Made by a program: the position numbers and the translations under genes. The notes under the pieces were generated by a model, which ran no database searches, was not told the DNA's origin, and was given only the letters and a program-made list of their open reading frames with translations. Below are positions 20,541-43,320 of a stretch of 64,000 bases of DNA, piece by piece; positions within the stretch are counted from its first letter, which is position 1; each line of letters starts with the position of its first letter. This DNA comes from the human T2T-CHM13v2.0 reference genome, Homo sapiens. The stretch lies in the NCBI RefSeq assembly GCF_009914755.1, contig NC_060925.1; one strand, given 5' to 3'.

Positions 20541-21143
20541 TGAAAAAAGAATATGTAAAGTGTGATTGTGTAGTTAAATGGAAATGATGAAAAATGAGAT
20601 TGCAACTTCAAAATGCGCATTTCATTATTATATTGTTGAAAATTATACACTTTAAAGCAGGTCCTAAATGTACATCAAATCTGAGGTTGCTGATAATTTG
20701 GGGGGGTTTTTGGAGCTGCTTTTGTGAATTAAATCATTTGTCTGTTTTTTTCTATTTTTTAACTCCTGTAGCTTTTTACTGCCCGCCTAACATCCTGTAA
20801 CCGTTCATTGTTTTGTGTACAGAGTTGCTAGGAAATAGTGAAAGGAAAAGCAGTCCTTCCTCTTCCCCTCCCTTATTATAGAGACCTCCCTGGCACTGCT
20901 GTGTGTCTAACCACCAGCTGTAATAGAGGAAACAGACATGACCAGGGAAGAGATTAGGTATGAGCATTTGTGCATTGAACAAGATTGCAGAGCACGCTCT
21001 TTCTTTTTCCAGTTTTGTTTTTAGATACAGTCTAATTTGAGATTGTTAGCCCGCATTTCATTACAGTGCTAGTATAGTTTGTACTTACATTGTGCTCAAA
21101 AATATCTGAATAGGAGCTTTACCTAAAACATTTGTTCGGCTAA

Positions 21144-21401
<258 letters not shown>

Positions 21402-21464
21402 TGAAAAAAACTGAATGAAAACGAGTTCTTCATTTATTGTGAGATTTTAAGAATCTCCTGTGTT

Positions 21465-21841
<377 letters not shown>

Positions 21842-22281
21842 TTATTAATATATAAAATGTAATATAGCATAGTATAGATTATATTAATTTTGTATACTTT
21901 TATGTACTCAATAACCTTTCACATTTTTCCATGTATCTTTATTTCATTGTGAAGCAAGTGAAATAACATTATTCTGACCCACACACATGAATAAACTGGG
22001 CTACTGAAAGGTGATTTGCCCCAACGTAATAAAGAAATATAATGAAAATTCAGTCGTTAGGCGTAAAATCCAGTGGTTGTTCCTATAACTGGGCTATTGG
22101 AATAAGAGTTTGTTGTGTACTTTTTGTTTTTTATTTTTTTACATTTGTAGTCTTATTTGGAATGATAATAAAAATACCCCACTAAGAAAATGACAAGAGT
22201 TAGTAATAAAATAACTTTTCAGTGAAAATTGAAGGCACCATTAGATTTTTTTAACTGCATATTTTTTCTTCCTATGAATAG

Positions 22282-22425
<144 letters not shown>

Positions 22426-22741
22426 TAATAAACTTTTGGAAACTAGAAATATCAGCACTATTGTAGGTTAAAATTTTAGTTTTATCTGAGTGGAACAGAC
22501 CTTGCTGGAAATAGTAACTATAGCACTCTTGAAGAGAAATATGTCCAGACTTCCCCTCGGACCAGATTTTTCTCTCATGATTAGCTCTATTTTTCCAACA
22601 AGAAGGAATAAAGTGGAGTTATACTTTATCTGCACATGTGCTCCTCATAATAAAGTACAGAAATAACCAAAATGGACTATCCTATTTGTCTCATAAGATA
22701 CTTACTCATTTTCATATAGACTTAAATAATTTCTGTTTTCT

Positions 22742-23080
<339 letters not shown>

Positions 23081-23456
23081 TTAAGTCAGAGGTGTACATA
23101 CCAATTTTGCCCAAATCAAAAATAAATGAGGCATAAATGAAGGAACACTAATGAATTGTTGGTGACGTCCACTGTTTGCTGTTGTTAAAATGGTGTGATT
23201 TTGTTATTTACAATCTCATTCTTTCCTTAATTAATGTCCTTTCGTAGTTCTCAGAGTAAAATAGTATTTTCTGAGTGTAGTCAAATGTGTTATCCAGAAA
23301 TGACATTTGGAAGATTCCCAGGAGTTCTTGCATATTGCCTGTTTTGTATTTGTCTCATTGAAACATATTTTTGAAAGGAGCATATTTTGCTTGTGATGAC
23401 TTACATTTTCATTTGCCTGTCTCAGCTTCCAAATTTATTTTGGCTTTGTTCCCTAG

Positions 23457-23570
<114 letters not shown>

Positions 23571-23576
23571 TGACTA

Positions 23577-24349
<773 letters not shown>

Positions 24350-25032
24350 TTATTCTGTAATCTGTTTCTTCATCTGTAAAATGGGTATAATAATACTTAC
24401 CTCGTGATTGAGAAGGAAAAGCAATAATGTGCTTAAAGCTGTGCTTGATAAAGTGTTCAAAAAATCATCACTACTAATATCAGACGATGAACATAATGCT
24501 TGTTCTCAGGAGTTCTCAAATCCTGAGGGGAAGAGAGAGATATATATGTGCAATTATATGGTAACAGTGTATAATATTAGCAGTATCCTTGTAGAAGAGG
24601 CCTTGATGCCAAGTCTTCATCTGTTGCTCCAGTGTGCAGGTGACGGTCCTACCTTCATGGTAATGAGTCCAGTCTGAGGCGTTATCCTCAGCCTGTCAGC
24701 ACCCCAAGGACCTTGCACATAGGGATTATAACTCCTACTCCTTCCCTTAAAACACTAATAACATTGGAGTGGGTGGGAGCCACATGTTAAATACCATCAA
24801 CTAACTTATTCATAGTCCTTTAATACAGTAGTCTAGACTCTAGTTGTCATCCACCTGAGAAACAGAATGAGATAGCATAGCCATGAGTGCTTTCAAGGAG
24901 GTGGGTACACCTGGACGGAGTAAAATTGTAGGAGAGTGTATTGTATTCTTTAAGTAGAAGATGATTAGAGCCATAGGATTAGCCACTAGGAATAAACTCA
25001 ACCTGAGGCAGGTCCCATCTAGGTGACCATAA

Positions 25033-25263
<231 letters not shown>

Positions 25264-25429
25264 TGATCAAGGTGCAACTTCTACTTCTATCTGCTTCATA
25301 AAAGGGGCACTTATCCATTTACAGTGACTGCTGTGTGACACAGTGTGTCTTGGTCATGTATTTGTTTCTGCACCTATTTGTAGAGGAGTAGGGTAAATTT
25401 CAGAATTCTGTGCTTTCTGAAATGTATTA

Positions 25430-25795
<366 letters not shown>

Positions 25796-26177
25796 TTAGG
25801 TTGTATTAAAACAAAATATAGTGCTTTTAGTGAGTTTTATGTTAGTTGTTTTCTTCTGATTGTATTAAGTTTATAAAAATTAGAAACTATAGAAGTGTAG
25901 GAAGAGGGGGAAGTCACTTATAATGTTACTCCTGATAGCTGTTAATATTGGGATATTTCTATTTATTTTTTTCTAAGCATCCTTTTTTTCTTTGAGATCT
26001 TATTATATATTTTCTCTTTTGTTTAAATATAACAAAGATTTTCCAATGCTGATATAAATGTTTTGTAAATAATTAGGATGGATCCATAATATTTCATCAC
26101 TTGATTACCATAAATAACAATTCTTATTTCCCATTAATGGTAACTATTTAATGGTTAGAGCTTCATATACAGTTTAG

Positions 26178-26441
<264 letters not shown>

Positions 26442-27184
26442 TAGTATCATAGAGCTTTGCCTGAAATTTGCTTTTAAAATGTGTCTAAATTAATCAAATA
26501 ACATTGGGTTATGTGTAACTTTACTATGCAATTATTCTATTATGTTCCTTTTCACATACTTTTTCACTTTTAAATATCTTTTAATAAATTAAGCAAAGTC
26601 ATGCACATTTAAAAAAAAGTGTCTAAATTAAAAAAAAATTAATTTAGAAATTAGGGTTTCCGTCTTCTAATCCTGATATCATCACTGATTCTTTTGTTTC
26701 CTATTTCACCATATTCTTTTCCATGTCTTGTAAAACGTGTTCTGTGCATGTAACACATACATATTACTGTGTAGGGATAGGGAAGGAATAGATAAAGTTC
26801 TGTTTCAAACAAAAGGCCTCAGGACTATTTAGAAGACAGGGGACATATAAATTGATCGCGATCGTCTTTGAATGTATAAAAAATGGGAGTTTTGTATTAA
26901 GGGTCAGGTTTCCTGAGAATTTCATCCATCTGGACCAGATTCAAAACAAACCCAAAAAGAGTTTCCATTTTTATTTTGTGAAATCTGGAGAAAATTCATT
27001 TTCTCCAGCAAGTTACCACATATATTTCAAAGCATTTATCCTATTTTTATTTCTAGAAGGGCCATCAGAATTTTATTCTTGGGATTTTTAGGGGTTGATT
27101 GGCCAGATTGGCTTATAGCTTAACATAATGATGTGATTTTTCTCCAGTCTAAATGCTTAAGAAGAGAATTGGCAATGAATATAA

Positions 27185-27660
<476 letters not shown>

Positions 27661-28761
27661 TTAAAAGTTTTATTAGTGTCAGTTTTCTAAAAAACATCCA
27701 TCTTATTTTGTATGGTAAGCTCAATTTAAATTTTTAATGATGTAATTAGCAAGATTAAGATTTGAGCTTGAAATAGCTAGTAGGTATAATAGATGAGATT
27801 TTCCCATTTTAAAATTTAAAACTTGGGAAGCTGTTCATTTTACAAGTGAGGAAGTGAGGACTGCTGAAGCTGTGACCTAGACAGGGTAACACAGCCTAGT
27901 CCTGGCCTTTTTTCCTACATACTGTGTTTCCTTTGTCTTCAGTCTTTCTAAGTAATGAACTGAAAAGAAGAACAGCTTGTTTGGATCAATTTTATTGGAA
28001 AAAATACTTTGGGATTTTCAAAAACATGAATGTATTTTCCTTAGGAATCATACCAAGTAGCTGTAAGATGGAGTCCTGGTTCTATCCATTACTAATTGCA
28101 TAAACTTGTTAAAACCAAATTAATCTCTTTGAGTCTCTTATTTCTCATGGGCTTTAATTTTTAAAGGAATGTCTATGTTGGTTAGCTTACAAACTCACTT
28201 TGAAGATCAAAATTACAGAGAAAAATGTGTTCATCAGACAAATTCAGTCTACTTCATAAGTGTTCTGCGTATTGTTCAGATTGCCACTATCAGTATACAT
28301 TACTAAAAGCTGGTACCTGTTGAGATAGTATTTTAGCCCCTCACCCAATGATACATGAAAAAAAAAAAAAAAGGCTTTGAGGCTGACAGACCTGGGCTTG
28401 ACCTGCAGTTCCACCACGTATGGGTTGAGAATCTTGGGCAAGTTAACCTCTCTTTGCTTGTTTCTTCATTTGTAAAGTGAGGATAATAAACACCATATAG
28501 GTTTTTTTTGTGTGTATGTATGTGACAATTAGAAGTAAGAGACATCTTAGGATCTAGCAAAGTGAAGTGCCTGGCATTCTCAATAAATACTGTTGATGGA
28601 AATATTTAGTTAAAACCTTTTATGCTAATTAGGATTGATACATTTAGTGATGTTTGCTCAGGATGCAATGGTATACCAGAAGGTTCCTCTCTAAACGTGA
28701 GATTTTATAGTGTTTCTTTTTATAACCTCAGTTTATGGTACAAATTTAACATAAACTGTAA

Positions 28762-28971
<210 letters not shown>

Positions 28972-29508
28972 TAATTATAGGTCATCTCCAACTTTCCAGT
29001 GGACTGGGTTTATTCTAAAGGTAGATATATACTTGGAATACATCTTTCTATGGAAATAATAAAAACAATTGCCAAGTTTCTAAGCCCGCTCTTAAAACTA
29101 TCTTACCTGATGATCTTGGGAACTGAGGGCTAGGGACAGAAGAGGGAGAGAGATTTTCTTTCTGTCCTTTGAATAAATAATGGTCACTGTATATGAAGTT
29201 TATGTTAGGCTGACTTGCTCCCATTCCTCTTTTGTGTCCCCCTGCTTTGATACTTAGTACCCCAGTACTGGCCCAGTCCTGCCCACTGTTCCCCAGTATT
29301 GATTCTAAAATTTCCTATTATGTATACCCCGGATTAAAATATTTAGCCATTCTTGTGAGGGGTTAAGGAGGAAGTTTTATTGAGCTCATTCTAACAATGG
29401 TATCTCATAAGCAAGCATTTTGTCGATATTTGTTTTATAGAAGATTTTAAAAGTCAGTCTGGTTCATCTTCATTGGTAGCGGTAGAGTTGCATTAATAAA
29501 GAAAAATA

Positions 29509-29890
<382 letters not shown>

Positions 29891-29940
29891 TCAAATTTGG
29901 GCTTGGCAGCATAGACCGTGTAGTAAAAGTTCTGGCTTAA

Positions 29941-30273
<333 letters not shown>

Positions 30274-30708
30274 TGACTAGAAAATAACTTAGTTTTATAT
30301 TTTTATCAATCTGAGGTCTAAGAGTATTAATTGTGGAGATATTTTTGGTTCCTTTTGTCCCACGAGATATTTTGAGTGAGGACACTGTAGTTGTCACTAT
30401 AATTTGACTTTTAAAAATTCTTAGTCAAGTATGTAGCTGGAGAGGCAGTGTCATTCATCAGAACTATACCCAAATTTAACAGCTAGAAAGTCTGCTCTGC
30501 CTGAGTAGATGTAGAACTCGGTGACTTGGGAGATGTCAGTTAATCTCAGAGTCACGGGGTCTCTAATTCCTCAGCTCCCTTCAGGTGTTGAGTTGTATGA
30601 TCCCATTATCTTGGCTATATATGTAATGGGACAAATGGGGAAGTGTCTGACAAGCTTTACCAAGGCAGGACAAAAGACTGAAAAAGAAGCCTCTGCTAAA
30701 CCAATTAA

Positions 30709-30909
<201 letters not shown>

Positions 30910-31292
30910 TATTAACAGCTCACTCGAGCAAGAACCCTCCTGACAGTACTGGCTAGAAGTTTGGATGGATTATTTACAATATAGGAAAGAAAGCCAAGAT
31001 TTAGGTAATGAGTGGATGAGTAAATGGTGGAGGATGGGAGTCAAAATCAGAATTATAGAAGAAGTATTTCCTGTAACTATAGAAAGAATTATGTATATAT
31101 ACATGCAGAAATATATATGTGTGTGTGTATCTGTGGATGGATATATGTATATCTCTTCCTATATATATCCATAGTGGACTTATTCAGAACATAGATATGT
31201 ATTCAGCTTGTCTTCAAATACGGCCAAGCAGAAAATGTTTTATATTTTATAAATCATCTTTTGACTCTGTATTTAAATTCTATGATACTGAA

Positions 31293-31298
31293 AATAAA
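31293..31298 (+). terminator. IARS2 poly(A) signal AATAAA
   Basis: First AATAAA after the stop (~385 nt), followed by T/GT-rich sequence (tgattttggtg). Confidence 0.75.
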
Positions 31299-31559
31299 GG
31301 CATTCTGGAAAAATACTGACTGATTTTGGTGCAGAAGTTTTGAGTATCAAGTAAAAGAAGTATAGTTTTGAAAGGGAATGGCGGAGGCCTGTTTCCCTTA
31401 AGAGGTGAAGGGTCATTTCATTCTTCCCATTAGTGAACATCAGCCTTTTCAGAATAGCTAGTTTTTGGGGTTGGATCAGAAAGAATATAATCACCAAATT
31501 TGTTACTCAAGAAAGGAAGAAATCTCTTAATAGTTAGTTATACTTATGAATGTTTAGGA

Positions 31560-34524
31560 AACAACATGAAAGCTGAAAATTTATTTCACTAATATACATA
31601 AGAAGTTCACAACAATGAACAGACAGAAAATAGCAGTATATACAGAATTTCACTACTTACAGTACATTACAATAGAGAAAGCATTTTATAAACAGTTCAG
31701 TATTGGATTAAAATCTTTTAAGGATGGCTAATTCTATTCAGCAGGAATCTAACTTCTAGACACCCAGCAAACCCATTCCTATCAGGGTGAGAGAGGGCTT
31801 TTGCTGTTGCTATAGTGTACTGTAAAAATATTTGTTCCTTATAAATGAAGTGGACCACAGCAACTTCTAAATGAACATTATATTCAGTGTAAGTCTCATA
31901 TTATTAAATTTCAGATTTTTGACTTTTTAGATCGCAATTGTTTTTAAAAAGCAATTTAAATGTAACAGTGTTTACTTTGACCATAGATGAAGTTTTATAA
32001 TAAAAGTAAAACTTTTTTTTTCTGTTTGCAAAAGTATGAAGCATTAAGAAGCATGGTGCTATATATCTCTTTATCTACATTTACCCTGGCCCCTCTAGTT
32101 CTGCATCTAAACAGAACCTGTAATGTAGAAGTTATGATTATTTGAACACTTTTTGTTTTCCTTCAGCATTATACAATATAATTTAATAAGATACAAATGC
32201 ATATTTAATGTTTGTTAATGAAGAAAGTTGTGTGAGGGTGGGCATATATCTAGGAAAACACTACTGGTTACTGGCTTCTCATCAATAACTACAAAGTACC
32301 ACATACCTTTGTTTCAGAAACCACCCATTCTACATTAAAATCTAATTCCTTTATCATCTATGGCTCTTTGTTATTATAGAATGTCTACATAGGTATTTAT
32401 TTGCCTTTCTTCCTATCAATCAGATTTATTTATTTTAAAAGCCCTTGATAAGTAGTAAAATATTTAACTGCTTTTCTTAACCATACAAGTCAGAATTAGA
32501 TTTTAAAATTCTATGAAAAATTTTAGGATAACAAATCTAACTAGAGACTTAATGATTTGTGTTAGGATTCTGTGAGCCATACTTCAGCTTATTATTGTTC
32601 TCAGCAATCCCCAGATTTGATTGTCTGTTCTACCAGAGTAAGCTTAACCAGTTTTATTATCTAAAATGCTTAATAAGTGCCCCCTCCCCGCCAAGTGATG
32701 ATGGAATTGAGGATTTATTCTTTAAAAATACCTATAACTCCAAGTTTCTTTGACTAGCCTCCTTAAGTTCATACTACTACTTTCAGCGTACTTGGAAAAA
32801 TCACAGGAAGAACTAATCTCTTAGAAAACATATAACAAGTGACTGTTAACACAGAGCCAGATATGTTTACAAGAATTCTAGGATGTGTGTGGCTGGGGCA
32901 GCGGAGACCCAAGCAGAGGCTGGGAGGTTGGACTAGCCCTTTCCAGTGCTGCTACTCTGTAAAATGTATGTCTCAATCAGACTCACAGGCCCCCATCCCA
33001 AATACTCAAGACATCTTAACCATTTATCTTGTAAGATTTCAAGTTTGATAGTTACTTAACAGTAATTACTAAATTTTAGCCAGTTAAATTCTTGTTTGGA
33101 TGTGCTCTTTTAGCTCAAAAAACAGATTTGTTTTTCTTTTTATATCCCTGAAGGACATACTCCTCAACTTTGCATGATTACTATAGTTGGCTTCTTAAGG
33201 GGAAGTGAAGAAACAAACTTCTGTATCACAATGACTTACTATGAATAATAATTGTGATCCATGACAGATACCCATAATTACACTGTATGGCTACATTCTA
33301 AAAATATACCACAATAAATACTTGGTATTTGTAGAGCTCAAAGCACTCTTTTACAGAGTTTTGGTTAGTTTGGTTTTTTCTTTTTTTTTTTTTTTTCGAG
33401 ACAGGGTCTTGCTATATTGCCCAGAATGGCCTCAAACTCCTGGGCTCAAGCGATCCTCCTCCAGCCTCCCGAGTAGCTATAGTTTGGTTTTAATCAGTAA
33501 ATATTTATTTAGCACTTGGACTGCTCTAGGCACTATAGGGTACAAAATTAGTTGTATTTTATCCTCTCATCCCAGCTGTGAGGTAGGTTTGCTAAAGCTG
33601 TAATACCACTAAGCAGTTTTTTCAATACTGTTCCCAAGGACAGATAATATTAGCAAATCCCAGAAGCATTTCTAAACACTTGTAGGAAAAATAAAGTCGG
33701 ACTTAAAATTTTTAGTATCTTTGCCTTTTTTTTTTTTTTTTTTTTACATAAGTTTTACAAGATAATACATTTTTACAGTGACCTGATGTGGATACAACTT
33801 TGCAACTTGGCAAAAAGCAAATCTTAACTTACATTATAATTAATTTGCTGCATTTTACACATCTCTGATTCTCAATTTTGGCAAGTACAACAGGTTAAGG
33901 GTTCTATTTAGTGTCCCCTTCTGATGAATATGATGATCTTGAACCCATTCTTCCTCCTCAAGCACGGTCATCCTCCTCTGATGGCAACAGCAGAACCTCT
34001 GGGAAAGGAACCTTTCGGTATCCAGAACTCCCAGGTGGCAGCCCAGTGTGGGATTTGGAGCATGACAACAAAGGCATTTTCTCAACATTTACTAAAGGAG
34101 AGTGGGGTGTTCTATACGCTACTGATGGGGACTGTACATGAACACATTTAAATTGAATTACAACAACATTTTAGATAGGAAATATAGAATCTTATAAGAA
34201 CATAATCTAAATTATAACCAATTTTAAATAGCAAAGTTTAACAATAAAGCTACTTAAGTGTTTGAATTAGAAATAAACAGTAAAACATCTGTATTAATTA
34301 TAACAGAGTTGACATTTGTTTATATTTTATCTTCAGTATTAACCAAAGGAGTGGAATTTAGCCAGGGTTGCACTTTTTAAAAGTTGTATATACTTTTATT
34401 TATTTTACAAAAGGAAAAAAAAAGACATACTTTTCCCATAAAATTCCAGGTCTTACTATGTAAAATAACCATGCACTACTTCATGTTATAATCATAATTT
34501 TAGACTATTTCCAGTAGGTAAGTG
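31560..34524 (-). other. RAB3GAP2: RAB3GAP2 long 3'UTR (contains an Alu fragment at ~33372-33481)
   Basis: Region between the stop codon and the distal AATAAA; AU-rich. Confidence 0.7.
31580..31585 (-). terminator. RAB3GAP2 distal poly(A) signal AATAAA
   Basis: TTTATT on +; several upstream UGUA elements (taca on +, 31595-31671); downstream UG/U-rich on - strand. Confidence 0.7.
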
Positions 34525-34704
<180 letters not shown>

Positions 34705-34831
34705 CTATTATAGACAACTAAACAATAATTGTTATTGACTTAAGAGTTATTACATAAAAATGCTTTTCTTTGTAACTAGGTGAATTAAACTTGTCAAATT
34801 TTCTTCATAACTGTTATTAACCAGGCACTCA

Positions 34832-35188
<357 letters not shown>

Positions 35189-35253
35189 TCAAACTTAGCA
35201 TTTAAACCCAAATTTCTGTTCCTTGGTTAATTTTTTTTTCTCTCATCACCTAA

Positions 35254-36290
<1,037 letters not shown>

Positions 36291-36443
36291 TTGATTATAA
36301 TTTTATGTTTTAAAAAATATTCTATTGTTCTATTTTTATACCTAGATGTTCTAATAAAAGGAAGAGCAAAAGGCTTCATTGGAAACTTAACTGATTCTTT
36401 ATTCCAACTATCAATTTTATAACTTGAGCCCAATTAACATTCA

Positions 36444-36728
<285 letters not shown>

Positions 36729-36861
36729 TTAAAATACCTAAACCAAGTATTGTTAGCTTTTCTGTCACTTATAGTGGCTTTTCCATTAAATTGTTTAGTT
36801 ATCAAAAAAGGAACACATCATTTAAACAACTAGCTCTCAAGAATACTTTGAAATTGGTCTT

Positions 36862-37331
<470 letters not shown>

Positions 37332-37486
37332 CTAAAAAGAAAGAGAGCAAGAAAACTGATGAGTGTGGATTATTAAGGGGGGAGAGGGAGAAAGATTTGT
37401 TTAAAACTTAATAATAACTTATGGTTGATTTTTATTTCTCCTTGAACAGTAAGATTTTAGAATAATTTTTATAACAATTATCTAGT

Positions 37487-39549
<2,063 letters not shown>

Positions 39550-40498
39550 TAATAAACCCACTTTCCCACAAGCCTAAGCTGTGTTCTCTAACCCAGCTTC
39601 TATCAGTAAAAAGCTAAGTAATAATGTTGACGTTTTTGTCTCCAACAGTTTGTCCTGTCTCTCAAAATTTGACACCTGCGTGGGGAAGGAAAGGATTTTA
39701 CTATCCACTGCAGCTAAACTGTGAAGGTTACAATAGAATATGTAAAAACATATTCTACTCACAAATTTGGACTTGATCCTGCAGAGGAGCCAAAAAAAAT
39801 CTTAGGTATAGAACTAATACAATTAAACCTGTCTCTTAGGAAGACAGCTCTTGCAGCATGGGACTGGAGAGAGAGAAACTGGAGGCAGCGTGATTAAGAA
39901 AGGGCTGTTGTAATAGCCGAGGGAAAGATGATTATGCCTGAACTAGGGTTATAGTCATGGAGAGAAACGGACAGGCATGATCTATGGCAGAATTTACAAG
40001 AATGAATTTACAATGAAGAAAATTGGCTTGAAGTAAGGAATTGGTGAGATAACTTCAAAGTTTCTAGTTTTTGCCAGGGCAAAAATGATGACATCGTTAA
40101 TAAAATAACCAAGTCAGGGAATTCAGAAGGAACAGCAAATTTAGGTTAGGGGCAGGATGTGGGTATTGGTTTGCAGATATATTTTAGATATGAGGTGTCT
40201 GAAGTCCTATAAGACACTCAAAGAGAGAAGTTCAAAAGAAATGAATGCCTCAAACTCTAGGGATTGGTCAGGCCTAGAGATATATAAGAGGGAGAAAATG
40301 AGTCTGTCCAGGAATAATATGGAGAATGAGAAGAGCAGACAGCTGAGAGGGCAAAACTCCAAGGGGAGCAGTACAGAAGGTAAATAAAAAGAACGGAATC
40401 AAGCAGGGAATGAGGGAGTTGGAACCTCACACCAAATTATACCAGTCACAAAAGTACTGGACAGCTTCTATTAAATATGAAAATCCATGTGTCTGCTA

Positions 40499-40762
<264 letters not shown>

Positions 40763-41051
40763 CTAAGGGTTTTGAGAATGGAGGACTGTGTTCAGTAATG
40801 GAAAAATAATAGCTTACAAATATCCCAATGAGTTTATTAGCAGCAAAGTGCAAATTCATATTGCACACTGTCCCAAATTGTAATAAAAAAACACAAAGTC
40901 TAATTTCAATAAGAATTTAATAAGAAAACATCACTACCTTCTGGGCTCAAGTCAAAATTTAGAAATGAATGAATGAAAAACAACCTCATTAAAATAGTCA
41001 TTTATTAAATGCAATGGTTTGCAGAATATGTAATATCTTAGGAGCAGTTCA

Positions 41052-41285
<234 letters not shown>

Positions 41286-41642
41286 TCAAGGCATTAGCAT
41301 ATTTAAGTTCCTTCTTTTAGATTTACTGTCAACCAATTTTAAAGTCAAGCTTTACAAAGTGGTATAAATATTGACTTTTAAAAAGTAGTGTTCTTTGTGT
41401 ATTGTAAAGAAACAGCCTCATTAGTTACTATAGATGGTGGCACTTCTGAGCTCACTGTTCAGCTTGCTAAGGCATCTGGTAGCCAAATAATCGTGGTAGA
41501 TGGAAGATACACACATGAGAATCTAACCTGAAAAGCTCCAAGAAAACAGCCTGGTCTGCTTTCAGAGCGTCTTTTAGAGACTGAACCCGACCCTCTGAGC
41601 AAAACTAGAATCCTCAAGCTTGAGAACTAAATACCAGATTGA

Positions 41643-42014
<372 letters not shown>

Positions 42015-42659
42015 ATATAATCTTTTTAAAACCAACAATCTTATAATTTCCTCACATCCCCAAAGCAAATAATTCAGTGTTTGTGGGTACATGCACACAC
42101 ACATGCATGCACACACACGTACACACTCTAGTCATACAACCATTCTCAAGAACACATCAGAAAAAGTCTTCAACAATGGAAGCTAGTACTATTAATTTCT
42201 TGGGTCAAATACAAGTCCCATATCCATGGATTAGAATATTAGTTAAGACTAATGTTGTATTTGTATACTTATGTTATTATATATATCATATATATAGGTA
42301 GATCAAATTAACTACTTCATTTGAACCTGCTTCAATTTGATGTTGGATGCTTCCATTATAAATGTCTAATCGGAATATGCAGCAATGGTAGCATGTTAAC
42401 CTGTTCACAGTTCAAAGCTGAACAACATCTTATAAAAACCTAGTTTAATATGCTATCTAACAATCTGGAAAAGTAAATTAAAACTGGCCATAGTTCATGA
42501 CCAGTTTCCTTAATGCAGTATTCTCTTTTCATTTTTCTTATCTCCTTCTGATACGTCATCACAATGATAAAAGGCAAAGTTCACCTATACAGTTAATAAA
42601 GTACTACATAAAAGTGTGGAATTAACAACCATAATTCTAGCTATGGGAGATTCACTTAC

Positions 42660-42695
42660 CCTTCGGCATAACCTATCTTTTGGTGATTTTCCAAC
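42660..42695 (-). CDS. RAB3GAP2: RAB3GAP2 36-nt exon (~29), VGKSPKDRLCRR
   Basis: ttttag|GTT...AGG|gtaagt; phase 0-0. Confidence 0.92.
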
Positions 42696-43008
42696 CTAAA
42701 ATAAAAAGATAAAATGTTGTAACATTTAATAATTTAAATAAAAAGACATTACTATGGCACAAATAATAAAAAGTAACCGAATTTAAAAACCGTAAATGGC
42801 GCTATAAGTAAATGTGACAGCCTCATTAATTAGCTGTTGGCTCTACCAACAGTAGATGCAATTAAATTGGTGGTGAAACTTAATCTCACACTGGGCTCAA
42901 GAATAATCCTTTTCAAATATAAATTACATATTTCTGAACTATTAAATAAGTAAAAACTCTAAAAATCTGTACAGTCAAATAACTGTGTTGCCTAAAAACC
43001 CAGAGCCT

Positions 43009-43320
43009 GGGCCGGGTGTGGTAGTTCATGCCTGTAATCCTAGCACTCGGGAGGCCAAGGTGGGCCGACCACTTGAGGTCAGGAGTTTGAGACCAGCCTC
43101 GCCAACATGGTGAAACCCCATCTCTACTAAAAATACAAAAATTAGCTGGGCGTGGTGGCATGCACCTGTAGTCCTAGCTACTCGGGAGGCTGAGGCAGGG
43201 GAATCACTTGAACTCAGGAGGTAGAGGTTGCGGTGAGCCAAGATTGTGCCACTGCACTCCAGCCCGGGCAACAGAGTGAGACTCCATCCCACTCCTACCA
43301 AAGAAAAACTAAAAAAAAAA
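43009..43320 (+). mobile_element. Alu (AluSx-like)
   Basis: TSD aaaaacccagagcct. Confidence 0.9.

Noticed and set aside
31092-31170. TA/TG-rich tract in the IARS2 3'UTR
   Set aside because: Degenerate low-complexity microsatellite with no specific structure I can support
33779-33786. miR-215/192 seed match in the RAB3GAP2 3'UTR
   Set aside because: Only a 6mer (TGACCT on +) with no m8 match or A1; too weak
33855-34151. Three overlapping ~76-aa ORFs in a GC-richer patch of the RAB3GAP2 3'UTR
   Set aside because: No recognisable homology, splice signals or promoter; the most protein-like one starts at GTG; compatible with chance
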